Source: Phycisphaerales bacterium
Lineage (GTDB): Bacteria > Planctomycetota > Phycisphaerae > Phycisphaerales > UBA1924
Direction: 5' to 3'
Assembly (NCBI GenBank): GCA_965227775.1
Contig: OZ245777.1
Location: 96,001 to 160,000 of the forward strand
Length of the DNA: 64,000 nt
The position numbers were made by a program, and so were the translations under genes. The stretch's first letter is position 1; each line of letters starts with the position of its first letter. Shown here piece by piece: positions 1 to 10,117 of the stretch. Below the pieces are notes generated by a model that made no database searches, was not told where the DNA came from, and saw only the letters and a program-made list of their open reading frames with translations.

Positions 1-207
1 GTGGCCGACGAGAATCCGAGAACTCCGGCAACACAGGCCGAGTCGCGCTAGCTCACTATTTGCACGCGATCACCGCTAGGGTGCGCAGTCTTGCGGCGCT
101 GCACAAGAAACGGCTTGACGCCGCAAGCCGTCGCCGTAACTTGAGGTATGCTCGATGAGAACCTCGAACCAATCCGCACACCGATCCGCGAAAGACTCAA
201 GCGCCGC

Positions 208-927
208 TCAGGCCTCGACGCCCCATCCGGTCCACGCCTCGTAGCGGGACTGAAGGTCGGCTGCTACCTCCGCGGGACTCAGCTCTCGCCCATACTCAAT
301 CGGCTCCATGATGCGGATCGTCGGCCGGCTCGTCCGCGCCAGAGCGCCCCATGCCGTCGGCGCCATCGCGGCGCCCTCGATCACGATCGGCAGCACGCGC
401 GCACCGCTCCGGCGGATCAGCAAACCCACGCCGGGCTGGAACGGCCGCAGCGTCTGGGGCTTCCGCTCGATGCCGCCCTCGGGAAAGAGCCCGAGCACGC
501 CGCCAACAGAGAGGTGCCGCAGCGCCTCGCGCACGCCCGCCGGATCACTGCTCGCCCGATCCACGAAGATGATCTTGCCAAACCGCCACAACCACTCGCC
601 GGTCGGGTGGCGCATGTCGGCGGCCATCATCCACCGCGGCTCGAACGTCAACACCGACTGGATCAGCAGCGGATCGACCCCCGACGCGTGGTTGGCTACA
701 ACGATCAGCGGGCCGATCCCGTCCTCGCCGGAATCGAGAGCCAGAACATGCTCCCGCCCGCTCACCCGGGGCGGGTGCCGCAGCCACACGTAGAAGCGGA
801 TGACCTGGTACGCCGCGTTCCCGACGACCTCGTCGCCTCGGGGCCCCTCCAGCACACGCCCGGCCACCAGTGCGGCAACCAGCCACAGCACAACCGCCGG
901 GATGAACCAGAAAAGCCATTCGGGCAT
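208..927 (-). CDS. Lysophospholipid acyltransferase (PlsC-like)
   Basis: NHASGVD (NHxxxxD) and FPEGG acyltransferase motifs, N-terminal TM helix. Confidence 0.85.
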   Translation of the reverse strand: MPEWLFWFIPAVVLWLVAALVAGRVLEGPRGDEVVGNAAYQVIRFYVWLRHPPRVSGREHVLALDSGEDGIGPLIVVANHASGVDPLLIQSVLTFEPRWMMAADMRHPTGEWLWRFGKIIFVDRASSDPAGVREALRHLSVGGVLGLFPEGGIERKPQTLRPFQPGVGLLIRRSGARVLPIVIEGAAMAPTAWGALARTSRPTIRIMEPIEYGRELSPAEVAADLQSRYEAWTGWGVEA

Positions 928-1113
928 GAGGGCAACAGGTTAGCACCCGTTAGGTTCCGTTGCGAGCCGGGCCTACTTCTTGGGGGCCGAAACCGTCAGC
1001 CCGGTGCGCTTCTGCGGGCGCTTGGCCGGCCGCACGGCGCGCACGACCAAGGCGATCGCCCCCACCGCCACGACGCTCACCACCCAGAACTGCCAATCAC
1101 CCCAGGGCACGCG

Positions 1114-2997
1114 CTAGCCCAGCGCGCTCGCGACGCCGTACACGATCGCCGCGCCAACGTACGCAACGCCCGTCATCCATCCGGCCTGCAGCGCCGCCCA
1201 CTTCCAGCCGCCGGCCTCCCTCGCCGTCACGACGAGCGTCGGCAAACACTGGATCGCCAGCACGAAGAAGACCAGCATCGCCCAGCTCGTTGCAGGCGTG
1301 AATACCAGCGCACCATCGTCGCGCTCGGCGGTTGCCAGCTGCTCACGGATGCCCTCGCCCTCGGCGTCGTCGGTGCCGGCGATCTGCACGGCCATGGTGC
1401 TCACGAACACCTCGCGCGCCGCGAAGCTGGCCAGGATGCCGACCGTCAGCTGCCGATCGGCGCCGATGGGCGCGAACACCGGCTGAACCGTGTCGCCGAT
1501 GCGACCAAGGAACGACACCTCGGCGGCGCGCTGCGCATCGTCGGGGTCGGCCGGCTTGGGGTAGGCCGAGAGCCACCACAGCACGATCGAGATCGCCAGG
1601 ATCACGGTGCCGGCCTTGCGCACGAACAGCCAGCCGCGCGCGGCGGCGGTCTTGGTCGCACCAAGCAGGCTCGGCCATTGGTACCGCGGCAACTCCAGCG
1701 CCATGGCGGGGCTCTTGCCCTTCAGGATCGTGCGGCGGGCAACCACGGCGGTGAACAACCCCGCCAGCGCGCCCAGCACGTAGCAACCCGTGAACGCCAG
1801 CGCCTGCCGCATCGTGCTCTCGGGGAACAGGATCTGCGTGAGCAGCACGTACACCGGGATTCGGGCCGAGCAGCTCATGAAGGGGATGGCCAGGATGGTC
1901 GCCACGCGCTGGCGGAAGTCGGGGATCGCGCGCGCCGACATGATCGCCGGGATCGCGCAGGCGTGCCCGCTCAGCAGCGGCACGAAGGCGTGGCCGGGCA
2001 GGCCGAAGGGTTTCAGCAATCGGTCGATGACGAACGCCGCGCGCGCGAGGTAGCCGGTTTGTTCCAGCAGCGCGATCAGGAAGAACAGCAGCACGATCTG
2101 GGGCAGGAACACCAGCGTGCCGCCCACGCCCGCGATCACGCCGTCGGCCAGCAGATCGCGGATCGCGCCGGCGGGCAGTGTGCTGCTCACCACGCCGGCC
2201 AGCCAGCCGAAGAAGCCCTCGATGGCGTCCATGGGGATGGTCGCCAGGCTGAAGATGGCCCAGAAGAGGCCGGTCATGAGCGCGGCGAACGTGGCGACTC
2301 CCAGGATCGGGTGGGTGAAAGCCAGGTCGAGGCGGTCGGTGATCGCGTCGTGTGCACGCGCTTCGGCGGTGCATGCCTTGGCATACACGGCGTCGGCCCA
2401 CGCATCGATATCGCTCGGGCTGAGCGGGCCGGCAGCGACGCGCGCGCGGGCGAGGGCGGGGAGCACGTCGTCGACGCCCTTGCCGGTCTTGCCGGAGGCG
2501 AGCACGACGGGGCAACCCAGGGCGGCCTCGAACTTCTCGGCGTCGATCGCGATGCCCTTGCGCGCGGCGGCGTCGGTCATGGTGACGACGACGATGGTCG
2601 GCAGGCCGAGCGCGATGACCTCGGCGGCGAGTCGCAGGTTGCGCGGCACGTTGGTGGCGTCGACCACGATGGCGACGGCGTCGGGATGGCCATCTGGGAA
2701 GCCCTTGATGGACTGATCACCCGCGAGGACGCCCTTGCAGATGCGCGACTCGTTAGTATTGAGCGCGAGGCCGTAGGCACCCGGAAGGTCGGCCAGGACG
2801 ATGGGGCCCGCGGGCGAGGCGACCTGCGCGAGGTGGGCTTCTTGCGTGGTGCCGGGGAAGTTGGCGGTCTTCTGTCGCAGGCCGGCCAGGGCGTTGAAGA
2901 GTGTCGATTTGCCGACATTGGGGTTGCCGACGAGGGCGGCCGTGCGAACGGCGACCGTCACGCTAACTGGGTTGGTAGGGAGCGTGACCGGCGGCAT
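1114..2997 (-). CDS. feoB: Ferrous iron transporter B
   Basis: G1 GNPNVGKST, G2 ANFPGTT, G3 DLPG; membrane domain with GYLARAAF, MSCSARIPVY, LELPRY; directly downstream of feoA. Confidence 0.95.
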   Translation of the reverse strand: MPPVTLPTNPVSVTVAVRTAALVGNPNVGKSTLFNALAGLRQKTANFPGTTQEAHLAQVASPAGPIVLADLPGAYGLALNTNESRICKGVLAGDQSIKGFPDGHPDAVAIVVDATNVPRNLRLAAEVIALGLPTIVVVTMTDAAARKGIAIDAEKFEAALGCPVVLASGKTGKGVDDVLPALARARVAAGPLSPSDIDAWADAVYAKACTAEARAHDAITDRLDLAFTHPILGVATFAALMTGLFWAIFSLATIPMDAIEGFFGWLAGVVSSTLPAGAIRDLLADGVIAGVGGTLVFLPQIVLLFFLIALLEQTGYLARAAFVIDRLLKPFGLPGHAFVPLLSGHACAIPAIMSARAIPDFRQRVATILAIPFMSCSARIPVYVLLTQILFPESTMRQALAFTGCYVLGALAGLFTAVVARRTILKGKSPAMALELPRYQWPSLLGATKTAAARGWLFVRKAGTVILAISIVLWWLSAYPKPADPDDAQRAAEVSFLGRIGDTVQPVFAPIGADRQLTVGILASFAAREVFVSTMAVQIAGTDDAEGEGIREQLATAERDDGALVFTPATSWAMLVFFVLAIQCLPTLVVTAREAGGWKWAALQAGWMTGVAYVGAAIVYGVASALG

Positions 2998-3003
2998 GGC
3001 GTG

Positions 3004-3282
3004 TTAGTGCGGCAGGACGTAGAGGCTGTCGGCCAAATCACGGCTGAGGGCGATGCGGCAGCCGCCGGCGTGGCCGTCGACGTGGACGATGCAGGGCTGG
3101 CCGGCCTTGCAGACCCGGAGCTGGCAGGATGGGCGGAGGCCCATGGCTGTGAGGTGGGCGGCCGAGTCATCCTGGAAATCGGCCTTGTCCAGGCGGGCGG
3201 TCTGGCCCCGCGTGAGCTGGGTGAGGCGGACGCGGGCGGGCGGCTTGGCTGTGCTCTGGGTGGCTGTGTTCGTATGGCTCAC
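3004..3282 (-). CDS. feoA: Ferrous iron transport protein A (start re-placed at GTG 3282)
   Basis: SH3-like FeoA pattern L.AMGLRP...RV...GQPCIV...RIALSRDLA, 6 bp upstream of feoB. Confidence 0.85.
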   Translation of the reverse strand: MSHTNTATQSTAKPPARVRLTQLTRGQTARLDKADFQDDSAAHLTAMGLRPSCQLRVCKAGQPCIVHVDGHAGGCRIALSRDLADSLYVLPH

Positions 3283-3299
3283 GGGTGAGTCTAGCGGTA

Positions 3300-3316
3300 T
3301 TGAGACTGGTTCGCAA
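3300..3316. promoter_or_regulatory. Candidate iron-responsive (Fur-like) operator upstream of feoAB
   Basis: TTGAGA-CTGGT-TCGCAA near-palindrome (1 mismatch) just upstream of the feoA start. Confidence 0.45.
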
Positions 3317-3399
3317 GTGGCTAGGAGAGCGTGAGCACGGAGGATCTTGGAGTGTCGGACTACCGACGACGGCGAGGACACTCCTCGCTTGCGCGGGGG

Positions 3400-3825
3400 C
3401 TACTTCGCCAGCCTCAGATTCAGGTTGATCAGGTTCAGGAACAGCCGCGTCATCTCGAATGAGTCGAAAAACTTGCCGCTTTTCCCAGCGACGCACAACT
3501 CGATCGTGTTCTCGGCGGTCAGGCCAACGCTCACCATCTGGATTCTCGGGTCGGAGGCGTCCTTGGTGCGTGGGCCGCGGACCCGTTGGAGTTGGCTGTA
3601 GGTGGCGGTCGTGACCTCCCCGGCTTGGGTGGTGATCGTGAACCGGTCGCCGAAGAAGGCGATGGAGCCGTCTTCGGGGTGTTCGCCCTGGAGGTAGACG
3701 CCCACGAGGTCGTCGGCGGCGGCGAGGCTGGCCCAGCGATCGTGCTGCAGCAATTCGTCGCGGCGGTGGAACGACGGCATGCGATCGAGGACGCGGAGGA
3801 CGAGTTGGGCGTGGGTGACGATCAT
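3400..3825 (-). CDS. Hypothetical protein
   Basis: ATG-started 141-aa ORF with protein-like composition filling the intergenic space. Confidence 0.6.
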   Translation of the reverse strand: MIVTHAQLVLRVLDRMPSFHRRDELLQHDRWASLAAADDLVGVYLQGEHPEDGSIAFFGDRFTITTQAGEVTTATYSQLQRVRGPRTKDASDPRIQMVSVGLTAENTIELCVAGKSGKFFDSFEMTRLFLNLINLNLRLAK

Positions 3826-3840
3826 GGAAGACTCTCTTCG

Positions 3841-4548
3841 CTATGCGCTGTGTCTTAGATGGACATAGCACAAACCGCCAAAGTCGAGTTCCTCGACCAG
3901 ACCCATGCTGTACACCGCCTTGCATGGCAGATTCGAGATCATGCACTGCTCCACAGACTCGGACGACAGATTCTCGCCCGGCGCGAACAACTGGCGGATC
4001 TTGCCCTCATCCTTGGCGGTGTAGAAGACGACACGGGTGCCCAACCATCGCCCGTGGATTCTGAACTGGACGGCTGCGTCTTGCGGGAGGTTGTCTGGGT
4101 CGTCGCCGAAGCACACGAGCGCTTTCGCGACCTCCTCGCCTCGCACTAGATTGACCGAGTGGGCTCGCTCCAAGAGTGTGCGTGGCAAGTGGCGATGGGT
4201 GAGCGACAGTGGCGCTCGGACGAAGAACCGAGAGGGTGGTCGCTCGAAACTTCCGCACATGGTGAACAGGGCTCGGACCTGGTCCTGGGGTACCTCCAGG
4301 ATCTCCGCCGTTGCTGCTCGCGAGCGCGAGACCGCAGCTTGAACGCACCTGGCGGCGATCGCGTCGACACCGGACGTGAAGTAGGACATGAGGGCGACGT
4401 AGAAGTGCAGAGGGATTGCTTGTGGGCACTCGCGTGGGAGTCTGTGGCGTGCGACTTCGATCATGTCGGTGACGTCGCCGCTTTCGCGCCCCTCGACGTG
4501 ATAGTCCCCTAAGAGAGTCCACGGGTTCTCTGTCGTATCTCTCGTCAT
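3841..4548 (-). CDS. Hypothetical protein
   Basis: 235-aa ORF co-oriented with 3400-3825, globular composition, no motif recognised. Confidence 0.6.
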   Translation of the reverse strand: MTRDTTENPWTLLGDYHVEGRESGDVTDMIEVARHRLPRECPQAIPLHFYVALMSYFTSGVDAIAARCVQAAVSRSRAATAEILEVPQDQVRALFTMCGSFERPPSRFFVRAPLSLTHRHLPRTLLERAHSVNLVRGEEVAKALVCFGDDPDNLPQDAAVQFRIHGRWLGTRVVFYTAKDEGKIRQLFAPGENLSSESVEQCMISNLPCKAVYSMGLVEELDFGGLCYVHLRHSA

Positions 4549-4670
4549 TGGGCTTCATGGCTCTCACGTGAACAGGGGCGACGGGTTGGCCGCGGGTCAG
4601 TTTACGGCCGGTGCGCACTGCCCAACCTGTTCACTGGTGTAGTGGTGTGGCGGGGCTCGTACGATTCGCC

Positions 4671-6020
4671 ATGAGCGATCTGTTTGGGGCTGAGCGGGCG
4701 AAGCGGCGGCGGCGGGCGGAGCCGTTGGCGGCGAGGATGCGGCCGCGCTCTATTGACGAGGTCGTCGGGCAGCAGCACATCCTGGGGCCGGGGAAGCTGC
4801 TGCGGCGGATGCTGGAAGCGGACGCGCTGACCAGTCTGATCTTGCACGGGCCGCCGGGGACGGGCAAGACGACGCTTGCGGGGTTGATCGCCGAGCACTC
4901 GGGGCGGCACTTTGAGGCGGCGAACGCGGCGTCGATCGGGGTGAAGCGGGTGCGCGAAGTCTCGGACATCGCGCGGGCGAGGCTGGAGGATGGCGGGCCG
5001 CGAACGGTGCTGTTCCTGGACGAGGTGCACCGGTTTTCGCGCAGCCAGCAGGACGTGTTGCTGGAGGACGTGGAGCGCGGGGTGCTGACGCTGATCGGGG
5101 CGACGACGGAGAACCCGCTGTTTGCGTGCAATGCGGCGCTGGTGAGCCGGAGCACGTTGTTCCGGTTGGAGCCTCTGACGGAGGATGAGGTTGTCGAGGT
5201 GCTGCAGCGGGCGCTTGTTGATGACGAGCGTGGGTATGGGAAGGTCGACATCGATGCGCACGAGGATGCGCTGCGGGTGTGGGCGATCAAGAGCGATGGT
5301 GATGCGCGTCGGGCGTTGACGGCGCTGGAGGTTGCGGTTCTGAGTTCTGGCAAGGACGGCCAGAGGATCGTCATCGACCGGCAGGTGGCCGAGGACTCGA
5401 TCCAGCAGAAGGCGGCGGTGTATGGGGACGACGAGCACTATGACTCGGCGTCGGCGATGATCAAGAGCATTCGGGGGAGCGATCCGGATGCGGCGTGCTA
5501 TTGGATTGCGCGGATGCTGGAGGGTGGTGAGGACCCGCGTTTCATTGCGCGGCGGCTGGCGATCCTGGCGAGTGAGGATGTTGGCAATGCTGACCCGCGC
5601 GCGGTGATGGTGGCGGCGGCGGCATGGGAGCTGGTCGAGCGGATCGGCTTGCCCGAGGCGCGTATCACGCTTGGCCATTGCGCGTGCTACTTGGCGCTGG
5701 CGCCCAAGAGCAACGCCGCGTACAAGGCGATCGATGCGGCGATCGCGGATGTCAAAGAAGGCAGGACGGTACCGGTGCCGGTGTATCTGCGGGATCCGAA
5801 TTCGTCGCCGTTGTCGGTCGGTGATGCGACGGGGGTGCGGACGAAGGAGGTCGGGGGAGAGAAGTACGAGTACAGCCACGCCGTTGAGGGCGGCGTGACC
5901 GGGCAGGACTATCTGGGGGTGGCGAAGCGGTACTACGAGCCTGGGGATGCTGGTGAGGAGGCCGCGATGGCGGCGCGGCTGGCTGAGATTCGTGCGATGC
6001 GGCGGAAGCGGCGTTCGTAG
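4671..6020 (+). CDS. rarA: Replication-associated recombination protein A (MgsA/RarA AAA+ ATPase)
   Basis: PLAARMRP, GPPGTGKTT, DEVHRF, GATTENP, KSIRGSDPDAA, SEDVGNADP; start at ATG 4671 (MSDLF). Confidence 0.95.
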   Translation: MSDLFGAERAKRRRRAEPLAARMRPRSIDEVVGQQHILGPGKLLRRMLEADALTSLILHGPPGTGKTTLAGLIAEHSGRHFEAANAASIGVKRVREVSDIARARLEDGGPRTVLFLDEVHRFSRSQQDVLLEDVERGVLTLIGATTENPLFACNAALVSRSTLFRLEPLTEDEVVEVLQRALVDDERGYGKVDIDAHEDALRVWAIKSDGDARRALTALEVAVLSSGKDGQRIVIDRQVAEDSIQQKAAVYGDDEHYDSASAMIKSIRGSDPDAACYWIARMLEGGEDPRFIARRLAILASEDVGNADPRAVMVAAAAWELVERIGLPEARITLGHCACYLALAPKSNAAYKAIDAAIADVKEGRTVPVPVYLRDPNSSPLSVGDATGVRTKEVGGEKYEYSHAVEGGVTGQDYLGVAKRYYEPGDAGEEAAMAARLAEIRAMRRKRRS

Positions 6021-6033
6021 CGCTTTCGAGCGG

Positions 6034-7272
6034 TCAGCTTGCGGGCTTGATGATGGTGAACTCGATCTCGTGCCTGGTGGGGACGAGGATGAGGCCGGCC
6101 TGTTCGAGGAACTCTTCGGGGAGTTTGGCCTTGTCGGCGGTGAGATCCAGGTTGAGGAACAGGTAGCCTTCGTGTTCGGTGCCGTCTACGACGGGGGCAC
6201 CCATGATGCTGGCGACGTTGCCGACAATGGTGGTCATCGAGGCGCTCGCGCTGGTGATCGTTATGGTGCTGCCATTCATCGTCGAGCTTGTACCCAGGTG
6301 GCGATCCGTGCCGGAGTCTTTGAGCTTGAGGCCGGTGTCGGCGACACGGAGTTCGTAGGCGTCGACTTCGCGCATCTCGGTTTCGAGGAGGACGCCGAGG
6401 CCGGCCGTGATGAGATCACGCACGGCGGGCATGAGCGCGGTGTACTGGTCGCGCGGGATTCTGTAAATGACGTCGAACTTCTCGTCGGTGACGGCCGGAT
6501 CGACTTCGACGGCGTAGCCACGCAGGTTGTAGAGCGACGTGACGACGCCGCTGGCGGTGCGGCCGAGTGCGGTCAAGGCGGTGCCGCTTGCGGCAGACAT
6601 CCTGGATTCGCCCGCTGGTCGCACGATGACTTGGATTGCTGGCTGGTCTTCGATGGGTGAGTACGGGTCGATGCCCGGGACGATGTTGCCGCTCACGATC
6701 GGCCGGCCGTCAGAGCCGATGCTGCCGGGGGGCGCGTTGCGAGCGGATCGGGAATCGGGGTTGGGGTCGTCCTTGCCCTCGACGATGGTGGCGAGGCGTT
6801 CCTTGGTCAGCGCGGTGGGATGGGTTCGCGCGATGATGGTGCCATCGCGGACGATGAACGTGGTTGGCCAGCCGCGGACGGCGTAGTCCTTGACCATGGA
6901 TTGGTCCATGTCGTGGCCGATCCAGGTGTTGAGCTTCATGCGCTCTTGGAAGCGATCGGTGACGGTGGGTTCTTCGTAGGTGACGCTGAGGAAGTTGACG
7001 CCCTTGGGGGCGAACTCGTCGTGGAGTTCGTTGATGTGGGGGATGGCGGCGACGCACGGGCCGCACCAGGTGCCCCAGAACTCGATGACGGTGGTGCCGG
7101 TAGACCAGGTGTCCCAGCTTGCGTTGGCGCGTTCGGGGGCGTTGGTGAGGGCGTCGAGGGAGATGGGCGGGGCCTTGTCGCCCGGGCCTGGGGGCGTTTG
7201 GGCGCGTGCGAGGCTGGTGAGGCAGGCGGCGAGCGAGAGGGCAAGCAGGGCGAGGCGGTGCGTGCGAGGCAT
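6034..7272 (-). CDS. Secreted TlpA-like thioredoxin fused to a C-terminal DUF3738/TIGR03435-like domain
   Basis: Signal peptide, FWGTWCGPC redox motif; C-terminal FDVI...GLGV.LETE.REVDAYELRV...PVVDGT pattern. Confidence 0.75.
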   Translation of the reverse strand: MPRTHRLALLALSLAACLTSLARAQTPPGPGDKAPPISLDALTNAPERANASWDTWSTGTTVIEFWGTWCGPCVAAIPHINELHDEFAPKGVNFLSVTYEEPTVTDRFQERMKLNTWIGHDMDQSMVKDYAVRGWPTTFIVRDGTIIARTHPTALTKERLATIVEGKDDPNPDSRSARNAPPGSIGSDGRPIVSGNIVPGIDPYSPIEDQPAIQVIVRPAGESRMSAASGTALTALGRTASGVVTSLYNLRGYAVEVDPAVTDEKFDVIYRIPRDQYTALMPAVRDLITAGLGVLLETEMREVDAYELRVADTGLKLKDSGTDRHLGTSSTMNGSTITITSASASMTTIVGNVASIMGAPVVDGTEHEGYLFLNLDLTADKAKLPEEFLEQAGLILVPTRHEIEFTIIKPAS

Positions 7273-7335
7273 ATCGGAATCCCCCGGGGTGCGTGATCGA
7301 GCGGGTTCGGCCTGTGCGTTGCTATACCGTATGGG

Positions 7336-8025
7336 ATGCGGCGAGGGTTCACGCTGATCGAGGTTCTCGTGGTCATCGCGATCATCGCGGTGTTGCTCGG
7401 GGTGTTGCTGCCGGTGCTGGCTGGGGCGCGGGATGCTGGCAGGGCGGCGGTTTGCCTCTCGAATCTGCGGCAGGCGCACCTGATCTGTGCGCAGTATGCG
7501 GACACGTACGACGGGTATGGGCCGGCGATCGGGCAGCCGTACGGGAGCGTGCCGAATTGGGCGCTCGTGGTGCAGACCGAAGCGAAGGGCGGGGCCGGGC
7601 GTGCGGGGTCTACGCCTGGGGACATCTATGAGGAAGAGAGCGTGCTTGTGTGTCCGGCGTGCCAAGCGCAGACGGGCGAGCGAATGACACGGACGTACGC
7701 GATGAATGCGACGGGTCTCGCGGGCTTGCCGGGCGATTCTGGGGATTACGACGCGCGGGCGACTTCAATCCGATTCGATCTGGTGTCTCGACCGGCTGAG
7801 ACGCCGTTGCTGGTCGACGCGGCGCCGATCGTGCCCGGGCCGAGTCAGCCGCCGCCGACGCGGGCGGCGAGCGTGATCGACTTCCGGCAGGAGTCGCACG
7901 TCGCCGAGCGTCTGGGCTTGTGGCATGGCGGTCGGACCGATGCGCGGTGCCACGCGGTTCGCTTCGACGGTTCGGCGCGCGCGTTTGCGGGCGTGCAATC
8001 GGGGTGGCTGGAGCCGCTGCGTTAG
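7336..8025 (+). CDS. Prepilin-type N-terminal methylation domain protein (DUF1559-like)
   Basis: RRGFTLIEVLVVIAII...LLPVL..AR, C.SNLRQ, C-terminal H...FDGS. Confidence 0.9.
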   Translation: MRRGFTLIEVLVVIAIIAVLLGVLLPVLAGARDAGRAAVCLSNLRQAHLICAQYADTYDGYGPAIGQPYGSVPNWALVVQTEAKGGAGRAGSTPGDIYEEESVLVCPACQAQTGERMTRTYAMNATGLAGLPGDSGDYDARATSIRFDLVSRPAETPLLVDAAPIVPGPSQPPPTRAASVIDFRQESHVAERLGLWHGGRTDARCHAVRFDGSARAFAGVQSGWLEPLR

Positions 8026-8132
8026 CACCTGCTGTGGTTTGTTCAGGCAACAGAGGTCAAGCTATCACCGGTGATGATCGCGGGAGTCTCGGAGCTCTGA
8101 TCACACGTCGGCAAGAGAACGGCGTGGGGCTT

Positions 8133-9914
8133 CTACTCGCAGCCGGCGTCGAAGGCGTTCTGGAATTCGAGGAAGTCGAATAGGGTGAATTCTCCATCGC
8201 CGTCGAAGTCGGCGCGCGGGTCCATGAGATCGAAGAAGATCTGGAAGCCCAGGAAGTCGAAGATCGTCAGCTCGCCGTCGCCATCCAGATCGGCTAGGCA
8301 TGGATCGCCCTCGCCCCTCCCGTAGATAGCCATGCCAGCGCCCAGGCCTTCGGTGCCGAACGCGAGTCCATCGACGGCACCGAGCAGGATGTCGGGCCTG
8401 CCGTCGCCATTGAGGTCGCCTCCGCCTGCGAGCGAGGTGGCCATTTGGCTGTTGCTTGGACCATCGAAGCGGATGACGCTGCTGGAGCTTACCTGGTTGA
8501 GATCGATGACGGCGTCGAAGCCCGTGTCGCGGCCGTAGATGACGTACGCCGCGCCCCTTCCGGCGCTGTAGCCGCCGCAGTAGTAGCAGGTGTAGCTGTA
8601 TCCTCTGAACGGTGCGCCAACGGCCAGGTCATCGAAGCCGTCGCCGTTGACGTCGCCTGCTGGTGCGAGCGAAGCGCCGGCCATGTCTTCGCTGGTCGCT
8701 CCTTCCATTCGGAATCCGTCGGTGCCGTCGAGAGCGCCGAGCGACACTTGGGGCTCGAATGGGTCGCCCTTGCCGAAGACGACGTAGGCGTAGCCCTGAT
8801 AGGCGATGCCGTCTCCCTTGCGGCCGGCATAGCGGGCGCCGATGGCCACGTCATCGAAGCCGTCGCCGTTGAGGTCGCCGGCCGAAGCCACGGCCAGGCC
8901 TGCGCCATCCCCGGAGTCACTGGTGATAGTGAAGCCATTCGTGCCGTCGAGATCGGCGCCCGACACCGCGTCGGGAAAGCCGCCGTCGCGACCGAAGACC
9001 ACGTACGTGACAGGGCTACCGAGACCCATGATCAGGTCCGCGATGCCATCGCCGTTGACATCGCCAGCGCCGGCAACGGCAACACGCAGAGATCCGATTT
9101 GATCGGGCAACAAACGAAACCCCCGTGGGCCTGCGACATCCGCCAGCGGAACGACGGCATCGAAGCCGTCACGTGTGCCGAAGAGCACGTATGCCGTGGG
9201 AAAGCGTCCCAGTTGTGCTTCCTGGGCGGCGATAACGGCATCGTCGATGCCGTCGTTGTTGATGTCTCCGATACCGGCGACCGCTATGCCGCTAAAGTCG
9301 CCCGCGCCGACGCCTGGCAATCGGAAGCCGTTGGTGCCGTCGAGGTCGTCGGGTGACAAGGTGGCGGGGAAGCCATCCGCACGACCGAACACGACGTAGG
9401 TCTCGCCCGAGCGCGAGCCCGATGGATCGGCTCCCGCCGCACCGATGATGACGTCGTCGATGCCGTCGCCGTTCAGGTCCCCCGCACCCGAGACTGCGCC
9501 GAGGGTGTCGTCTGCGGCGCCGCCCTGGAAGGTGAAGCCGTTGGTTCCGTCCAGAGCCGTCACCGAACGCACGGTGGGCCCACCGGCCTGCCCAAACACC
9601 ACGTAGGCCTCGCCGGCGCGATCCTTGCCACCGACATCGACGCCGAACGCTCCGAAGATGGCGTCGTCTACCCCGTCGCCGTTCAAATCGCCAGCGAACG
9701 CCGCGTTGGCGCCCATGAAGCCTCGCAACTGGCGGCCCGCCATGTTCCATGCGAGGCCGGCACCCTCCAGGACGTCGAAGGACTGGGCTGAGGAGAATGG
9801 CGACTCCAAAGGGTCGCTCTGGGCACGCAGCGGCGTGCAGCCGATCGCGATGGCCAGGCCTGCGATGGTTGTCAGCGTGCTGATGGGTGTCGCGTGGTCG
9901 GCGTTCGGTCGCAT
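8133..9914 (-). CDS. Secreted FG-GAP/integrin-alpha beta-propeller protein with C-terminal dockerin-like (GC-type) tag
   Basis: Repeated AGDLNGDG.DD..IGA...G.AYVVFG blades; ends CLADLDGDGELTIFDFLGFQIFFDLMDPRADFDGDGEFTLFDFLEFQNAFDAGCE. Confidence 0.9.
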   Translation of the reverse strand: MRPNADHATPISTLTTIAGLAIAIGCTPLRAQSDPLESPFSSAQSFDVLEGAGLAWNMAGRQLRGFMGANAAFAGDLNGDGVDDAIFGAFGVDVGGKDRAGEAYVVFGQAGGPTVRSVTALDGTNGFTFQGGAADDTLGAVSGAGDLNGDGIDDVIIGAAGADPSGSRSGETYVVFGRADGFPATLSPDDLDGTNGFRLPGVGAGDFSGIAVAGIGDINNDGIDDAVIAAQEAQLGRFPTAYVLFGTRDGFDAVVPLADVAGPRGFRLLPDQIGSLRVAVAGAGDVNGDGIADLIMGLGSPVTYVVFGRDGGFPDAVSGADLDGTNGFTITSDSGDGAGLAVASAGDLNGDGFDDVAIGARYAGRKGDGIAYQGYAYVVFGKGDPFEPQVSLGALDGTDGFRMEGATSEDMAGASLAPAGDVNGDGFDDLAVGAPFRGYSYTCYYCGGYSAGRGAAYVIYGRDTGFDAVIDLNQVSSSSVIRFDGPSNSQMATSLAGGGDLNGDGRPDILLGAVDGLAFGTEGLGAGMAIYGRGEGDPCLADLDGDGELTIFDFLGFQIFFDLMDPRADFDGDGEFTLFDFLEFQNAFDAGCE

Positions 9915-9935
9915 GGTGGTGCTCCTTCTAAGATC

Positions 9936-9964
9936 AGAATACCAGAAAGCGGCCCTCGGCACAA
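9936..9964 (-). promoter_or_regulatory. sigma70-like promoter for 8133-9914
   Basis: TTGTGC-N17-TATTCT on the minus strand, followed by AGGAG RBS. Confidence 0.5.
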
Positions 9965-10117
9965 GGACATTTCGACGGTTCTCCAGGGGCGGTGCGAGTG
10001 TGAAGACTGCACGCGAACGCACGCTCGCATTACCTGGGCGGATGCGAGCGTGCGTTGCGTGGATTTCGTTTGGGACGCACGCGAGTTGCGTGCGTCCGGT
10101 CGATTTGGGCTTGGGCG

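Noticed and set aside
148..3288. 1046-aa plus-strand ORF, and similar long Arg/Gly/Ala-rich ORFs such as 17903-20077, 22737-24515, 28163-30106 and 42557-43927
   Set aside because: Antisense shadows of well-supported genes (acyltransferase/feoAB etc.); stop-poor opposite frames are expected at this GC content
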